A stretch of DNA of 64,000 nt from Candidatus Limnocylindria bacterium (GTDB lineage Bacteria; Chloroflexota; Limnocylindria; Limnocylindrales; CSP1-4). Location of the stretch: contig DATLDP010000065.1 in the NCBI GenBank assembly GCA_035525825.1, forward strand, positions 4,885 through 68,884. The letters run 5' to 3'. The notes beneath the pieces were generated by a model. The model was not told the DNA's origin and ran no database searches. It was given only the letters and a program-made list of their open reading frames with translations. Shown piece by piece: positions 44,242 through 52,545 of the stretch (the first letter of the stretch is position 1; each line of letters opens with the position of its first letter). Made by a program: the position numbers and the translations under genes.

Positions 44242-44655
44242 TCAGCCCTCGCTCGCCGTGGCGGACTTGCCGCCCGAACCCGACTCGCTGGCAGAGGCCT
44301 TTGACGACCTGGATCCCGATGAATCCTTGGCCCCGCCGGAATCGTCCTTCGCGCCGCTCCCTGACGGCGCGTCGGTGCCCGGCGACCCGTTCGATTTCGA
44401 TGACCCTTCGCCGGAGCTGTCGCCGTCGCCGGACGAGGCCGCGCTCGATGCCCGGGTCCGGCTGCTGCTCGCACTCGATCGATCCTTCTTCGCCCAGCCC
44501 GAGCCCTTGAAATGGACCGTCGGCGCGACGAACGCCTTCCGCAGCGTGTCCTCGGCGCCGCAGGCCGGGCAGAACCGGGGCGCGGGCGCGTCGATGCCGT
44601 GGATGAACTCGGTTCGGGTCGAGCAGGTCGAGCAGACGTAGTCGTAGATGGGCAA
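44242..44655 (-). CDS. FmdB-family zinc-ribbon protein with Ser/Gly-rich tail
   Basis: TTG44655 is preceded by GAGGA (5-nt spacer). This gives the canonical family start (M)PIYDYVCSTCSTRTEF...RFCPACGAEDTLRKAFVAPTVHFKGSGW, followed by about 85 residues of S/G/D-rich low complexity. Confidence 0.75.
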   Translation of the reverse strand: MPIYDYVCSTCSTRTEFIHGIDAPAPRFCPACGAEDTLRKAFVAPTVHFKGSGWAKKDRSSASSSRTRASSAASSGDGDSSGEGSSKSNGSPGTDAPSGSGAKDDSGGAKDSSGSRSSKASASESGSGGKSATASEG

Positions 44656-44667
44656 GGCGGTCCTCAA

Positions 44668-45429
44668 TCAGCCATGCATGCGCATGCCGCACTTCGGGCA
44701 GTACACCGCGCGCGGATGGACGGCGGGATAGCCGCAGTGCTGGCAGGTGACGCCGGGTCCGCCGGGCATGGCGCCGGGCCGCTCGACCCCGGTCAGGCCG
44801 AGCGCCTCACCGCTCTCGAGGATGCTGCCGAGCAGCCGCTGGAGGAGCCGCGTCGCGATCCGGTCGGTGTCCCCGCGCGCGCCCCGGCCACCCCAGCCGA
44901 CCACCGCACGGACGATCAGGTCGCCGGTGGACTCGTCCCAGTGCGCCGCCACGCCGCCGACGACGGCGGAATAGTCGGGATAGCCGGACGGGTCGACGGT
45001 CCCGTCGAGCAGCGCGCAGGCGAAGGTGTCATAGGCCGGGTCGATCGCGTCCAGGTACTCGAGGACGTAGAGGGCGTGGCGGGTGATCGGCGAGGCGCCG
45101 CCGTGGGCCCGCAGCCATTCGGAGGCCTCCTCGGTCCTGATGATGTACGGCGCGGCGACCGCCAGCGCCGTGACCCGCGGCTCCACGACCTCCACCCCGG
45201 TCATCGCCACGCCCGCGAGCATCTGGGGGAGCGCGGCCAGCAGCTGCGGGCCGCCCTGGAGCCGGACGCCGGTGCTGGTCTTGGCGCCGAAGTTCAGCCG
45301 GAGCTGGTGCTCCTGGGCGACGGCCTCTTCCGGGACCGCGGTCGAGATGGGCTCCGGCGGTGGCTCGGGGGACCCTGCCTTGGACGAAGCCTTCCCCCCG
45401 GGCTTTCGTCGCAGGAATTCGAGCGGCAC
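44668..45429 (-). CDS. Hypothetical protein with C-terminal zinc ribbon
   Basis: GTG45429 is preceded by GGGGAG (6-nt spacer). The 253-aa product has a globular middle (YVLEYLDAIDPAYDTFACALLDG...) and ends with CQHCGYPAVHPRAVYCPKCG. No family recognised. Confidence 0.55.
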   Translation of the reverse strand: MPLEFLRRKPGGKASSKAGSPEPPPEPISTAVPEEAVAQEHQLRLNFGAKTSTGVRLQGGPQLLAALPQMLAGVAMTGVEVVEPRVTALAVAAPYIIRTEEASEWLRAHGGASPITRHALYVLEYLDAIDPAYDTFACALLDGTVDPSGYPDYSAVVGGVAAHWDESTGDLIVRAVVGWGGRGARGDTDRIATRLLQRLLGSILESGEALGLTGVERPGAMPGGPGVTCQHCGYPAVHPRAVYCPKCGMRMHG

Positions 45430-45490
45430 GAGCAGTCTCCCCGAACGTGACCCTGAGAAGGCGCAAATCGTACCAGCGCGACCTTCGTGC

Positions 45491-47335
45491 TCAGGAAGCG
45501 ACGGCGACGATGGCCTCCAACGGCGCGAGCTCCACCGACTCGCCGAGTGGTCCCTCGGGTCGGTCGGGTTCGGTGGAGCACCTGAGGCGCCACGGGCCCG
45601 CCCCACCCGACGCACGCGCCGGGGTTCGGATCACTGCCGCCCGGGTGGCAAAGTTCAGGGCGACGAACACGCTGCCTGGCGGGTGCCCCAGGCCCGAGGA
45701 CGCGGCCGCGCCCGGTCTGCCGGTTGCGCTCGACGCGCCCGCATTCCCCGTGGGATCGCGGACATAGGCCAGGACGTCCGGATCGCGCGAGTCGAGCAGC
45801 TCCTGTGCGCCCTGGTGGAGGGCCGGCGTCTCGCGCCGCAGTCCCAGCAGGGCCCGGTACCACCGAAGGATCGAGGCGGGATCGCTGGATTCGCGGCTGA
45901 CGTTTCGCGTCGCGGCGTCCGGTGGCAGCGGGAGCCAGGGCTTGCCGCTGGTGAAGCCGCCCCCGGCCGCGCGGCTCCAGGGCATCGGACCCCGTGCCTG
46001 GTCACGGTTCCACCACGGAAACAGCCAGCTCGCGCGCCGCGCGGGAGGGTCGAGTGCCTGCCGGTTCGGGATGGCCAGGTTCCGTAGCCCGATCTCCTCG
46101 CCGTAGTAGAGGAAGGGCGTGCCACGCAGCGTCAGGAGCATCGTTGCGGCGACCTTCGCCCGGGCATCGCCGAACCCGTCGGCCGGCGCCTTCGGGCCGG
46201 GTGCGTCGTAGCGGCTCGCATGCCGGGGCTGGTCGTGGTTCGAGAGCACGTTCGCTGGCCAGCGACCCGGTCCGAAGATGCCATCCCGCCGCTCGATCGC
46301 AGTCCGGAAGGCCCCGGCGTTCCACGGCAGCGAGATCATCGACCAGTCGAAGATCAGGTGGCGGGGAGCGACGAAGCCCGCGGCGTCCGCGATCGAGCCA
46401 TCGAACAGCTCCCCGACGGTCATCCGGCCAGGCTTCGCATCGACCAGCGCTCGCAGCTCGTCGATCGCCCCCCGGAGCTCGGGCTGGTCGCGATCGTAGA
46501 GATGGCGCTGCCAGGACCACCGGCCCCGGCGCCCGATCCGACGCGGATTGGAGCGCAGCGACGCCTCCTTGAAGAAGCTGTTGAAGACGTCGAGCCGGAA
46601 GCCGTCGACCCCGCGATCGAGCCACGCCTGGACCACGCCGAGCAGCGCCTCACGCGCCGGTGGGTGACGCCAGTTGAGGTCGGGCTGCTCCGGCAGGAAC
46701 GTGTGGAGGTAGAACTGCTCGCGGCGCTCGTCCCAGGTCCACGCCGAGCCGCCGAAGAACGACCGCCAGTTGTTCGGCGGCCGGCGGCGACCGAGCAGGG
46801 AGCGGCCAGGCGAATCGCGCCAGATATACCAATCGGCATACGGTCCCTGGCGGCTTTCGCGGGAGGCCCGGAACCAGGCGTGCTGGCTGCTGCTGTGGTT
46901 AAGGACGAGATCCAGGATGACCCGGAGGCCGCGCTCGTGAGCGCCCTTGACGAGGCGCTCGAAGTCCGCGAGCGAGCCGTAGCGCCGATCGACGCCGACG
47001 TAGTCCGCGACGTCATAGCCGAAGTCGAAGTCCGGCGACGGATAGATCGGCGAGAGCCAGATCGCGTCGACGCCGAGCGAATCAGGGCTCCCGGCAAGGT
47101 GGTCGAGGCGGTCGATGATGCCGGCCAGGTCCCCGACCCCGTCGCCGTTCGCGTCGGCGAAGCTGCGCGGGTAGATCTGGTAGACGACGCCCGTCTGCCA
47201 CCACGCGTCACCGGGCTGTGGCTGGGGTGGCCCCGCGGCGGCTGGCTGCGATGAATTCGCAAGGTCCGCTGCGGCTGGTGCGGACGCGTCCGCCCGGCCC
47301 GCCGTCGATCGTTGCGAGTGCGGCTCTGGAGGCAC
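45491..47335 (-). CDS. GH13 alpha-glucosidase / oligo-1,6-glucosidase-type enzyme
   Basis: 614 aa with WWQTGVVYQIYPRSFAD(A)NGDGVGDL, DAIWLSPIY, VILDLVLNHSS, GFRLDV and HDQPR, the conserved GH13 regions. GTG47335 is preceded by GGAGGA (7-nt spacer). Confidence 0.85.
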   Translation of the reverse strand: MPPEPHSQRSTAGRADASAPAAADLANSSQPAAAGPPQPQPGDAWWQTGVVYQIYPRSFADANGDGVGDLAGIIDRLDHLAGSPDSLGVDAIWLSPIYPSPDFDFGYDVADYVGVDRRYGSLADFERLVKGAHERGLRVILDLVLNHSSSQHAWFRASRESRQGPYADWYIWRDSPGRSLLGRRRPPNNWRSFFGGSAWTWDERREQFYLHTFLPEQPDLNWRHPPAREALLGVVQAWLDRGVDGFRLDVFNSFFKEASLRSNPRRIGRRGRWSWQRHLYDRDQPELRGAIDELRALVDAKPGRMTVGELFDGSIADAAGFVAPRHLIFDWSMISLPWNAGAFRTAIERRDGIFGPGRWPANVLSNHDQPRHASRYDAPGPKAPADGFGDARAKVAATMLLTLRGTPFLYYGEEIGLRNLAIPNRQALDPPARRASWLFPWWNRDQARGPMPWSRAAGGGFTSGKPWLPLPPDAATRNVSRESSDPASILRWYRALLGLRRETPALHQGAQELLDSRDPDVLAYVRDPTGNAGASSATGRPGAAASSGLGHPPGSVFVALNFATRAAVIRTPARASGGAGPWRLRCSTEPDRPEGPLGESVELAPLEAIVAVAS

Positions 47336-47368
47336 CGAGCGATCCTCCGACTTCGGCGACGTCCGCGC

Positions 47369-47397
47369 TTGACGCGCCGCCCCCCAGTCACTACTAA
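47369..47397 (+). promoter_or_regulatory. Candidate sigma-70-type promoter of the LacI-family gene/sugar operon
   Basis: TTGACG (47369-47374), a 17-nt spacer, then TACTAA (47392-97). It lies in the 154-bp divergent region between the glucosidase and LacI genes. Confidence 0.4.
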
Positions 47398-47421
47398 TAC
47401 GCGTTACTAACGCGCGTTAGT
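47393..47421. promoter_or_regulatory. Tandem LacI-type operators (perfect 16-bp palindrome plus a degenerate copy)
   Basis: ACTAACGCGCGTTAGT (47406-47421) is its own reverse complement. ACTAATACGCGTTACT (47393-47408) is a degenerate copy that shares 3 nt with it. Both overlap or follow the -10 box. Confidence 0.6.
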
Positions 47422-47489
47422 GTCCCTCGCGTCGACCGATCGGGCAACCCCCCCGTGACCGCGGTCGGCGCCTTCCGGAGCTTCGTCGG

Positions 47490-48548
47490 ATGCACCAGAG
47501 CCGACCGAAGAGCAAGGATGTTGCCGCGATGGCGGGCGTCTCCACGACGACCGTGTCCTTCGTCCTGAACGACCGCGTGGGCGCCGCGATCAGTCCCACC
47601 ACCCGCCAGCGGGTCCTCGATGCGGCGGACGCCCTGGGCTATCACCCCCATGCCTCGGCCCGGAACCTCGCCGGCGGTCGCAGCCACATCCTCGGGCTCG
47701 TCGTCAGGCAGTCACCCGAGCAGGTTGCCGAAGATGCCCTCCTCGCCGAGACGCTCCGCGGGCTCTCGGCGGCGGCGCGCACGGCCCGCTACCGCGTCCT
47801 GGTGGAACCGCTGGGCATCAGGGACGGGACCTATCGGGACCTGATCCGGTCTCGCGGCACGGACGGGCTGGTGGTCTCGGGTCCGCGCCTGGACGATGCG
47901 GAGCTCGGCGCCCTCGTCCGCGACGGTGCGCCGGTGATCATCCAGGGCTCGCTCCCGGATCTCGACATCCCCAGCGTCGACGTCGACAACGCCGCCGCCG
48001 CGCAAGCGGCCACGGAGCACCTCCTGGCGCTCGGTCATCGGGTCATCGGCTGTATCACCAACGCGCCCTTCGACTACGCAGCCGCTCGCGAGCGGCGGGA
48101 CGGCTACCGCCGGGCGATCGAGGGCGCCGGCCTCACCTACGACGACAACCTCGTGCTCGAGGCCAAGTTCGACGCCGCGAGCGGGCGCCGGGCCATGGGC
48201 CGGCTTCTCCAGCGCACGGACCTCACCGCGGTGTTCGTCGCAAGCGACGTCGTCGCGTTCGGCGCCATGGCGGCGATCCGCGAGGCCGGGCTGCGCGTTC
48301 CGGACGACATCGCGGTCGTTGGCTTCGACGACATCCCGCTCGCGGCCTACTTCGACCCTCCCCTCACGACCGTCCACCTGCCGGCCCACGACCTCGGTCG
48401 CGCCGCCGGCATGGCGCTGCTCGATCGGATCAACGGCCGGGCCGTCGCTGCCCGGACCGTGCTTCCGACCGCGCTGATCATCCGCTCGTCGACGGCGCCA
48501 CCGCCGACGGCCGAGCGGCGCGCCAGGGACGGCCCGCGACCGAGCTGA
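47490..48548 (+). CDS. LacI-family transcriptional regulator
   Basis: 352 aa with an N-terminal HTH (SKDVAAMAGVSTTTVSFVLND) and a periplasmic-binding-protein-like sugar-binding core. Confidence 0.9.
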   Translation: MHQSRPKSKDVAAMAGVSTTTVSFVLNDRVGAAISPTTRQRVLDAADALGYHPHASARNLAGGRSHILGLVVRQSPEQVAEDALLAETLRGLSAAARTARYRVLVEPLGIRDGTYRDLIRSRGTDGLVVSGPRLDDAELGALVRDGAPVIIQGSLPDLDIPSVDVDNAAAAQAATEHLLALGHRVIGCITNAPFDYAAARERRDGYRRAIEGAGLTYDDNLVLEAKFDAASGRRAMGRLLQRTDLTAVFVASDVVAFGAMAAIREAGLRVPDDIAVVGFDDIPLAAYFDPPLTTVHLPAHDLGRAAGMALLDRINGRAVAARTVLPTALIIRSSTAPPPTAERRARDGPRPS

Positions 48549-48631
48549 CGCCTCGGGGTGGACCGAGGCACATGGAGGAGAGCGCACGGCGACGCCGTGC
48601 CAGCTCAGAACCGGAGCACAAGGAGCACCGA

Positions 48632-49981
48632 ATGCAGAGCACCAGATCACGGTCGACGATCCTCGCGGCGCTGGGAAGCGCGGCGATGATCGTCGCGGCG
48701 TGCACCAGCCCGTCGACGTCGTCGGGCCCCGGCCCGACGACCGTCGTCGGTCCGACGACTGCGCCGGGACAGACCCAGGCCGCGGGCGGCGACGACATCA
48801 GCGGCGAGACGGTGACGATCATCGGCACCTGGGGTGGCGATGAGGAGACCGCCTTCCACGAGATGGTCAAGCCGTGGGAGGACGAGACGGGCGCCACGGT
48901 GAAGTACACCGGCACGCGCGACCTCAACATCATCCTGTCCAACGGCATCCAGTCGGGCGTCCTGCCGGACCTCGCGGGGCTGCCCGGGCCGGGCCAGATG
49001 AAGGAATATGCCGAGGCGGGGGCCCTCGTGGACCTCACCAGCGTCCTCGACACCGCCACGTACGAGAGTGAGACCGCCCCGGCGCTCGTCGAGCTCGGCA
49101 AGGTGGACGGCAAGATCGTGGGCGTCTTCATCAAGAGCGCCGTCAAGGGGCTCATCTGGTACAACCCCACCGTCAACGACTTCTCGGGCAGCGCTCCCGC
49201 CACGTGGGATGAGCTCAAGGCGGCCATCACCGCCAACGCCAGCAAGGCCAAGAGTGGCTGGTGCCTTGGCGTCGAGTCGGGCGCGGCGTCCGGCTGGCCC
49301 GGCACCGACTGGATCGAGGACATCGTCCTCCGCCAGGCCGGGCCTGACGTCTACAACAGCTGGTGGCAGGGTCAGACCAAGTGGACGGATCCCGCCATCA
49401 AGAGCGCGTGGGAGACCTTCGGCACGGTCGTCGCCGACAGCTTCGGTGGCGGCACCGGCATCAACGCAACCAACTTCGAGGTTGCCGGCGACCCGCTCTT
49501 CGCCGCGGAACCGGGGTGCCTCGTGTTCCACCAGGCCAGCTTCATCACCGGCCTGGGCGCGTTCAAGACCAAGACCGCGGGGACCGACTACAACTTCTTC
49601 CCGTTCCCCGACATCAACACCCAGTTCACGGGTGCCGTCGAGGGCGCGGGCGACCTGTTCGGCATGTTCCACGACACGCCGGCAACGCGGTCGCTGATGA
49701 AGTACCTCGTCACCGCCAAGGCTCAGGATGTCTGGGTCAAGCACGGTGGTGCGCTTTCAGCCAACAAGAACGCCACCAGCTACCCGGATGACATCAGCAA
49801 GCGCTCCGCCGAGCTGATCACGAACGCGAAGATCTTCGCGTTCGATGCGTCCGACCTGATGCCGCAGGAGATGAACGCGGCCTTCTGGAAGGGCGTCGTC
49901 GACTACGTCGCGGATCCCTCGAAGCTCGATTCGATCCTCAAGGACCTCGACGATACCCAGGCCAGCGCCTACGCCGAGTAG
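48632..49981 (+). CDS. ABC transporter sugar-binding lipoprotein (family 1 solute-binding protein)
   Basis: ATG48632 is preceded by AGGAG (6-nt spacer). The signal peptide has a lipobox (AAMIVAAC). The remainder is a typical SBP_bac_1 layout of about 430 aa. Confidence 0.85.
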   Translation: MQSTRSRSTILAALGSAAMIVAACTSPSTSSGPGPTTVVGPTTAPGQTQAAGGDDISGETVTIIGTWGGDEETAFHEMVKPWEDETGATVKYTGTRDLNIILSNGIQSGVLPDLAGLPGPGQMKEYAEAGALVDLTSVLDTATYESETAPALVELGKVDGKIVGVFIKSAVKGLIWYNPTVNDFSGSAPATWDELKAAITANASKAKSGWCLGVESGAASGWPGTDWIEDIVLRQAGPDVYNSWWQGQTKWTDPAIKSAWETFGTVVADSFGGGTGINATNFEVAGDPLFAAEPGCLVFHQASFITGLGAFKTKTAGTDYNFFPFPDINTQFTGAVEGAGDLFGMFHDTPATRSLMKYLVTAKAQDVWVKHGGALSANKNATSYPDDISKRSAELITNAKIFAFDASDLMPQEMNAAFWKGVVDYVADPSKLDSILKDLDDTQASAYAE

Positions 49982-49990
49982 GTGATTCAC

Positions 49991-50028
49991 GCGCCGGGCG
50001 GGCGCCGACGCCCGCCCGGCGCATTTTC
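49991..50028 (+). terminator. Intra-operon stem-loop (partial terminator/attenuator) between the binding-protein and permease genes
   Basis: GCGCCGGGCGGGCG ccga CGCCCGCCCGGCGC forms a perfect 14-bp stem (49991-50022), followed by ATTTTC. Confidence 0.55.
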
Positions 50029-50057
50029 GCGAATCTTCGGAGAGGAGGGTCATTCCG

Positions 50058-51032
50058 GTGGATCCGCGGCTCGTCAATGCGATCGTGGTCGTGATCGGCG
50101 TGCCCGCGACGCTCGTCGGCTACATCCTCCTCGTCGAACAGATCCTCCGGGCGCTCCCGAGCCGGATGCAGCCGCGCATCCGACCTTGGTTCTGGATGCT
50201 GCCGGCGCTCGCCTTTCTGGGGGTCTTCCTCGTCTATCCGACGATCCAGACCATCATCCGGAGCTTCCAGAACCGCGCTGGCAACGCATTCATCGGGTTC
50301 GACAACTACGCCTGGTTCTTCGGCAATGCCGGCCAGATCTCAACCCTGGTCAACAGCCTGCTGTGGGTCGTGCTCCTGCCGACGCTGACGGTCGGTCTCG
50401 GCCTGCTGATCGCGGTGATCGTTGATCGCGTCCGCTATGAGAGCGTGGCGAAGAGCGTGATCTTCATGCCGCTGGCGATCAGCGCGACGGCGGCGGGGGT
50501 CATCTGGTTCTTCATGTACCTGTGGCAGCCACCAGGCGAGCCACAGATCGGGACGCTCAACGGGGCGCTCGACACGGTGGGGGCCGGCCCGTTCGACTTC
50601 CGTGCGACGGATGACTTCAAGTTCAACACGATCATGCTGGTAATCGTCATGGCCTGGATGTGGACCGGATTTGCGATGGTCATCATCTCGGCGGCCTACA
50701 AGGGCATCAGCCGCGAGTTGCTCGAGGCGGCGCGCGTTGACGGCGCCGGCGAGTGGCAGGTCTTCAAGGGCATCGTCTGGCCGCTCCTGATGCCGACGAT
50801 GGCAGTCATCACGACGACCATGATCATCACCGCGCTGAAGGCGTTCGACTTGATCTACGTCATGACCGGGGGCCAGTTCGACACCAGCGTCATCGCGTTC
50901 GAGATGTACCGCCAGGTCGGCTTCAACCAGCTTGGGCGCTCGGCAGCTGTCGCCGTGATCCTGCTCATTGCCATCGTGCCGGTGATGCTGTTCAACATCC
51001 GGAACTTCCGAGCCCAGGAGGCGATCCGATGA
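50058..51032 (+). CDS. Sugar ABC transporter permease (MalF/UgpA-like)
   Basis: 324 aa with 6 TM helices and the EAA loop (LLEAARVDGAGEWQVFKGIVWPLL). GTG50058 is preceded by GGAGAGGAGGG. Confidence 0.9.
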   Translation: MDPRLVNAIVVVIGVPATLVGYILLVEQILRALPSRMQPRIRPWFWMLPALAFLGVFLVYPTIQTIIRSFQNRAGNAFIGFDNYAWFFGNAGQISTLVNSLLWVVLLPTLTVGLGLLIAVIVDRVRYESVAKSVIFMPLAISATAAGVIWFFMYLWQPPGEPQIGTLNGALDTVGAGPFDFRATDDFKFNTIMLVIVMAWMWTGFAMVIISAAYKGISRELLEAARVDGAGEWQVFKGIVWPLLMPTMAVITTTMIITALKAFDLIYVMTGGQFDTSVIAFEMYRQVGFNQLGRSAAVAVILLIAIVPVMLFNIRNFRAQEAIR

Positions 51033-51919
51033 GCGCGACCACCGAAACGCGCGCCATGCCCATCGCCGAGGGCCGCCGGCGCTCGGGGCTCCTCGGGCGG
51101 CTGCCCCTGCACCTCTTCGTCATCGGCCTCATGGTGATCTGGCTGATCCCCACCATCGGGTTGTTCGTGAACTCGTTCCGGACCCCGACGGACGCGACCA
51201 GCTCGGGGTGGTGGACCGCCCTGTTCCCGCCGGAGGCGTTCTCGATCGAGAATTACGCCTACGTGATCCAGCGGAACGGGATCGCCAACGCGTTCCTGAA
51301 CAGCCTGCTGATCACCATCCCCGCGACCGTCGTTCCGATCATGGTCGCGGCGTTCGCCGCGTATGCGTTTGCGTGGATGCGCTTCCCGGGTCGGTACCTG
51401 CTGTTCATCGCCGTGGTAGGGCTGCTGGTGGTGCCCCTCCAGACGACGTTCATCCCGATCCAGAAGCTCTATGCGGGGTTCGGCTTGAATGGGCAGCTGG
51501 CCGCGGTCTGGCTCGCGCACACCGGCTACGGCCTGCCATTCGCCATCTATCTGCTGCGGAACTTCATGGCGGAGCTGCCGCGGGAGGTGTTCGAGTCAGC
51601 GGACATCGACGGAGCCGGGTGGGCGTCCAAGTTCTTCCGCCTGGCGCTGCCCATGACGATCCCGGCAATCGCGGCCCTCGCCATCTTCCAGTTCCTCTTC
51701 ACCTGGAATGACCTGCTCGTGGCGATCATCTATATCGGCGCGAACACGGACAACCAGCCGATGACGATCGTGGTGGCGAACCTGACGCAGTCGATCGGTG
51801 GTGGCTGGCAATACCTTGCCGCCGCCGCGTTCCTCACGATGGCGGTCCCGCTCCTGGTCTTTCTGGCCCTGCAGCGATACTTCGTCCGCGGGCTGACTGG
51901 CGGCGCGGTCAAGGGCTGA
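51029..51919 (+). CDS. Sugar ABC transporter permease (MalG/UgpE-like)
   Basis: ATG51029 overlaps the previous stop (ATGA), with AGGAGG upstream. The 296-aa product has the EAA loop (VFESADIDGAGWASKFFRLALP). Confidence 0.9.
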   Translation: MSATTETRAMPIAEGRRRSGLLGRLPLHLFVIGLMVIWLIPTIGLFVNSFRTPTDATSSGWWTALFPPEAFSIENYAYVIQRNGIANAFLNSLLITIPATVVPIMVAAFAAYAFAWMRFPGRYLLFIAVVGLLVVPLQTTFIPIQKLYAGFGLNGQLAAVWLAHTGYGLPFAIYLLRNFMAELPREVFESADIDGAGWASKFFRLALPMTIPAIAALAIFQFLFTWNDLLVAIIYIGANTDNQPMTIVVANLTQSIGGGWQYLAAAAFLTMAVPLLVFLALQRYFVRGLTGGAVKG

Positions 51920-51924
51920 ACCGG

Positions 51925-52536
51925 ATCTTCGAGAGATTCTCGCTCCGCCGGGCCGACCTCGGCGAAGCGGTGCTCCGTGTTCGCCACGGGGGCAGCGGGC
52001 CGCCGCTGCTGCTCCTTCACGGGCATCCCCGGACGTGACGTGGCATCGGCTCGCGCCGCTGCTCGCGGAGACGTTCACGCTCGTCATGCCGGACCTCCGG
52101 GGGTACGGCCAGTCGTCGAAGCCGGATGCCGGCGCGGAGCACGCCGGCTACTCGAAGCGGGCGATGGCAGGCGACTGCCTGACGCTCATGCGAGCGCTGG
52201 GCCACGAGCGGTTCGCCCTCGCCGGCCATGACCGGGGCGCCTACGTGGCGTTCCGGCGATGTGTGAGGACTATCGAGCGGGGCTCACGATCGATCGGGAC
52301 CACGACGACGCGGATCGCGCGGCCGGGCGGCTGCTCCGGATGCCGACCTGTTCCTCTGGGCCCGCGACGACGACATCGAGGCACTCTACGGCGATCCGCT
52401 CGCGATCTGGCGCGACTGGGCCGACGACGTCCACGGGTCGCGCATCAACTCCGGCCATCACATGGCCGAGGAGGCACCCGAGGCGCTCGCGGATGCCCTC
52501 GGATCCTTCTTCGGCGAGGACGCCGCAACCCGCTGA
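51925..52536 (+). pseudogene. Decayed alpha/beta-hydrolase (haloacetate dehalogenase / epoxide hydrolase-like) pseudogene
   Basis: Family-like pieces sit in three frames. These are IFERFSLRRADLGEAVLRVRHGGSGPPLLLLHGHPRT*, then VTWHRLAPLLAETFTLVMPDLRGYGQSSKP...LGHERFALAGHDRGAYVAFRR. The latter is joined directly to CEDYRAGLTIDRDHDDADRAAGR, so about 100 residues are missing. A further shift leads to DLFLWARDDDIEALYGDPLAIWRDWADDVHGSRINSGHHMAEEAPEALADAL. The expected start position holds ATC. Confidence 0.65.
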
Positions 52537-52545
52537 GTCCGCGGA

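Noticed and set aside
48549-48631. A small hairpin (CCTCGG-ggtgga-CCGAGG) between the LacI gene and the binding-protein gene, considered as a possible terminator.
   Set aside because: The stem is only 6 bp and has no U-tract, so read-through into the transporter genes is more likely.
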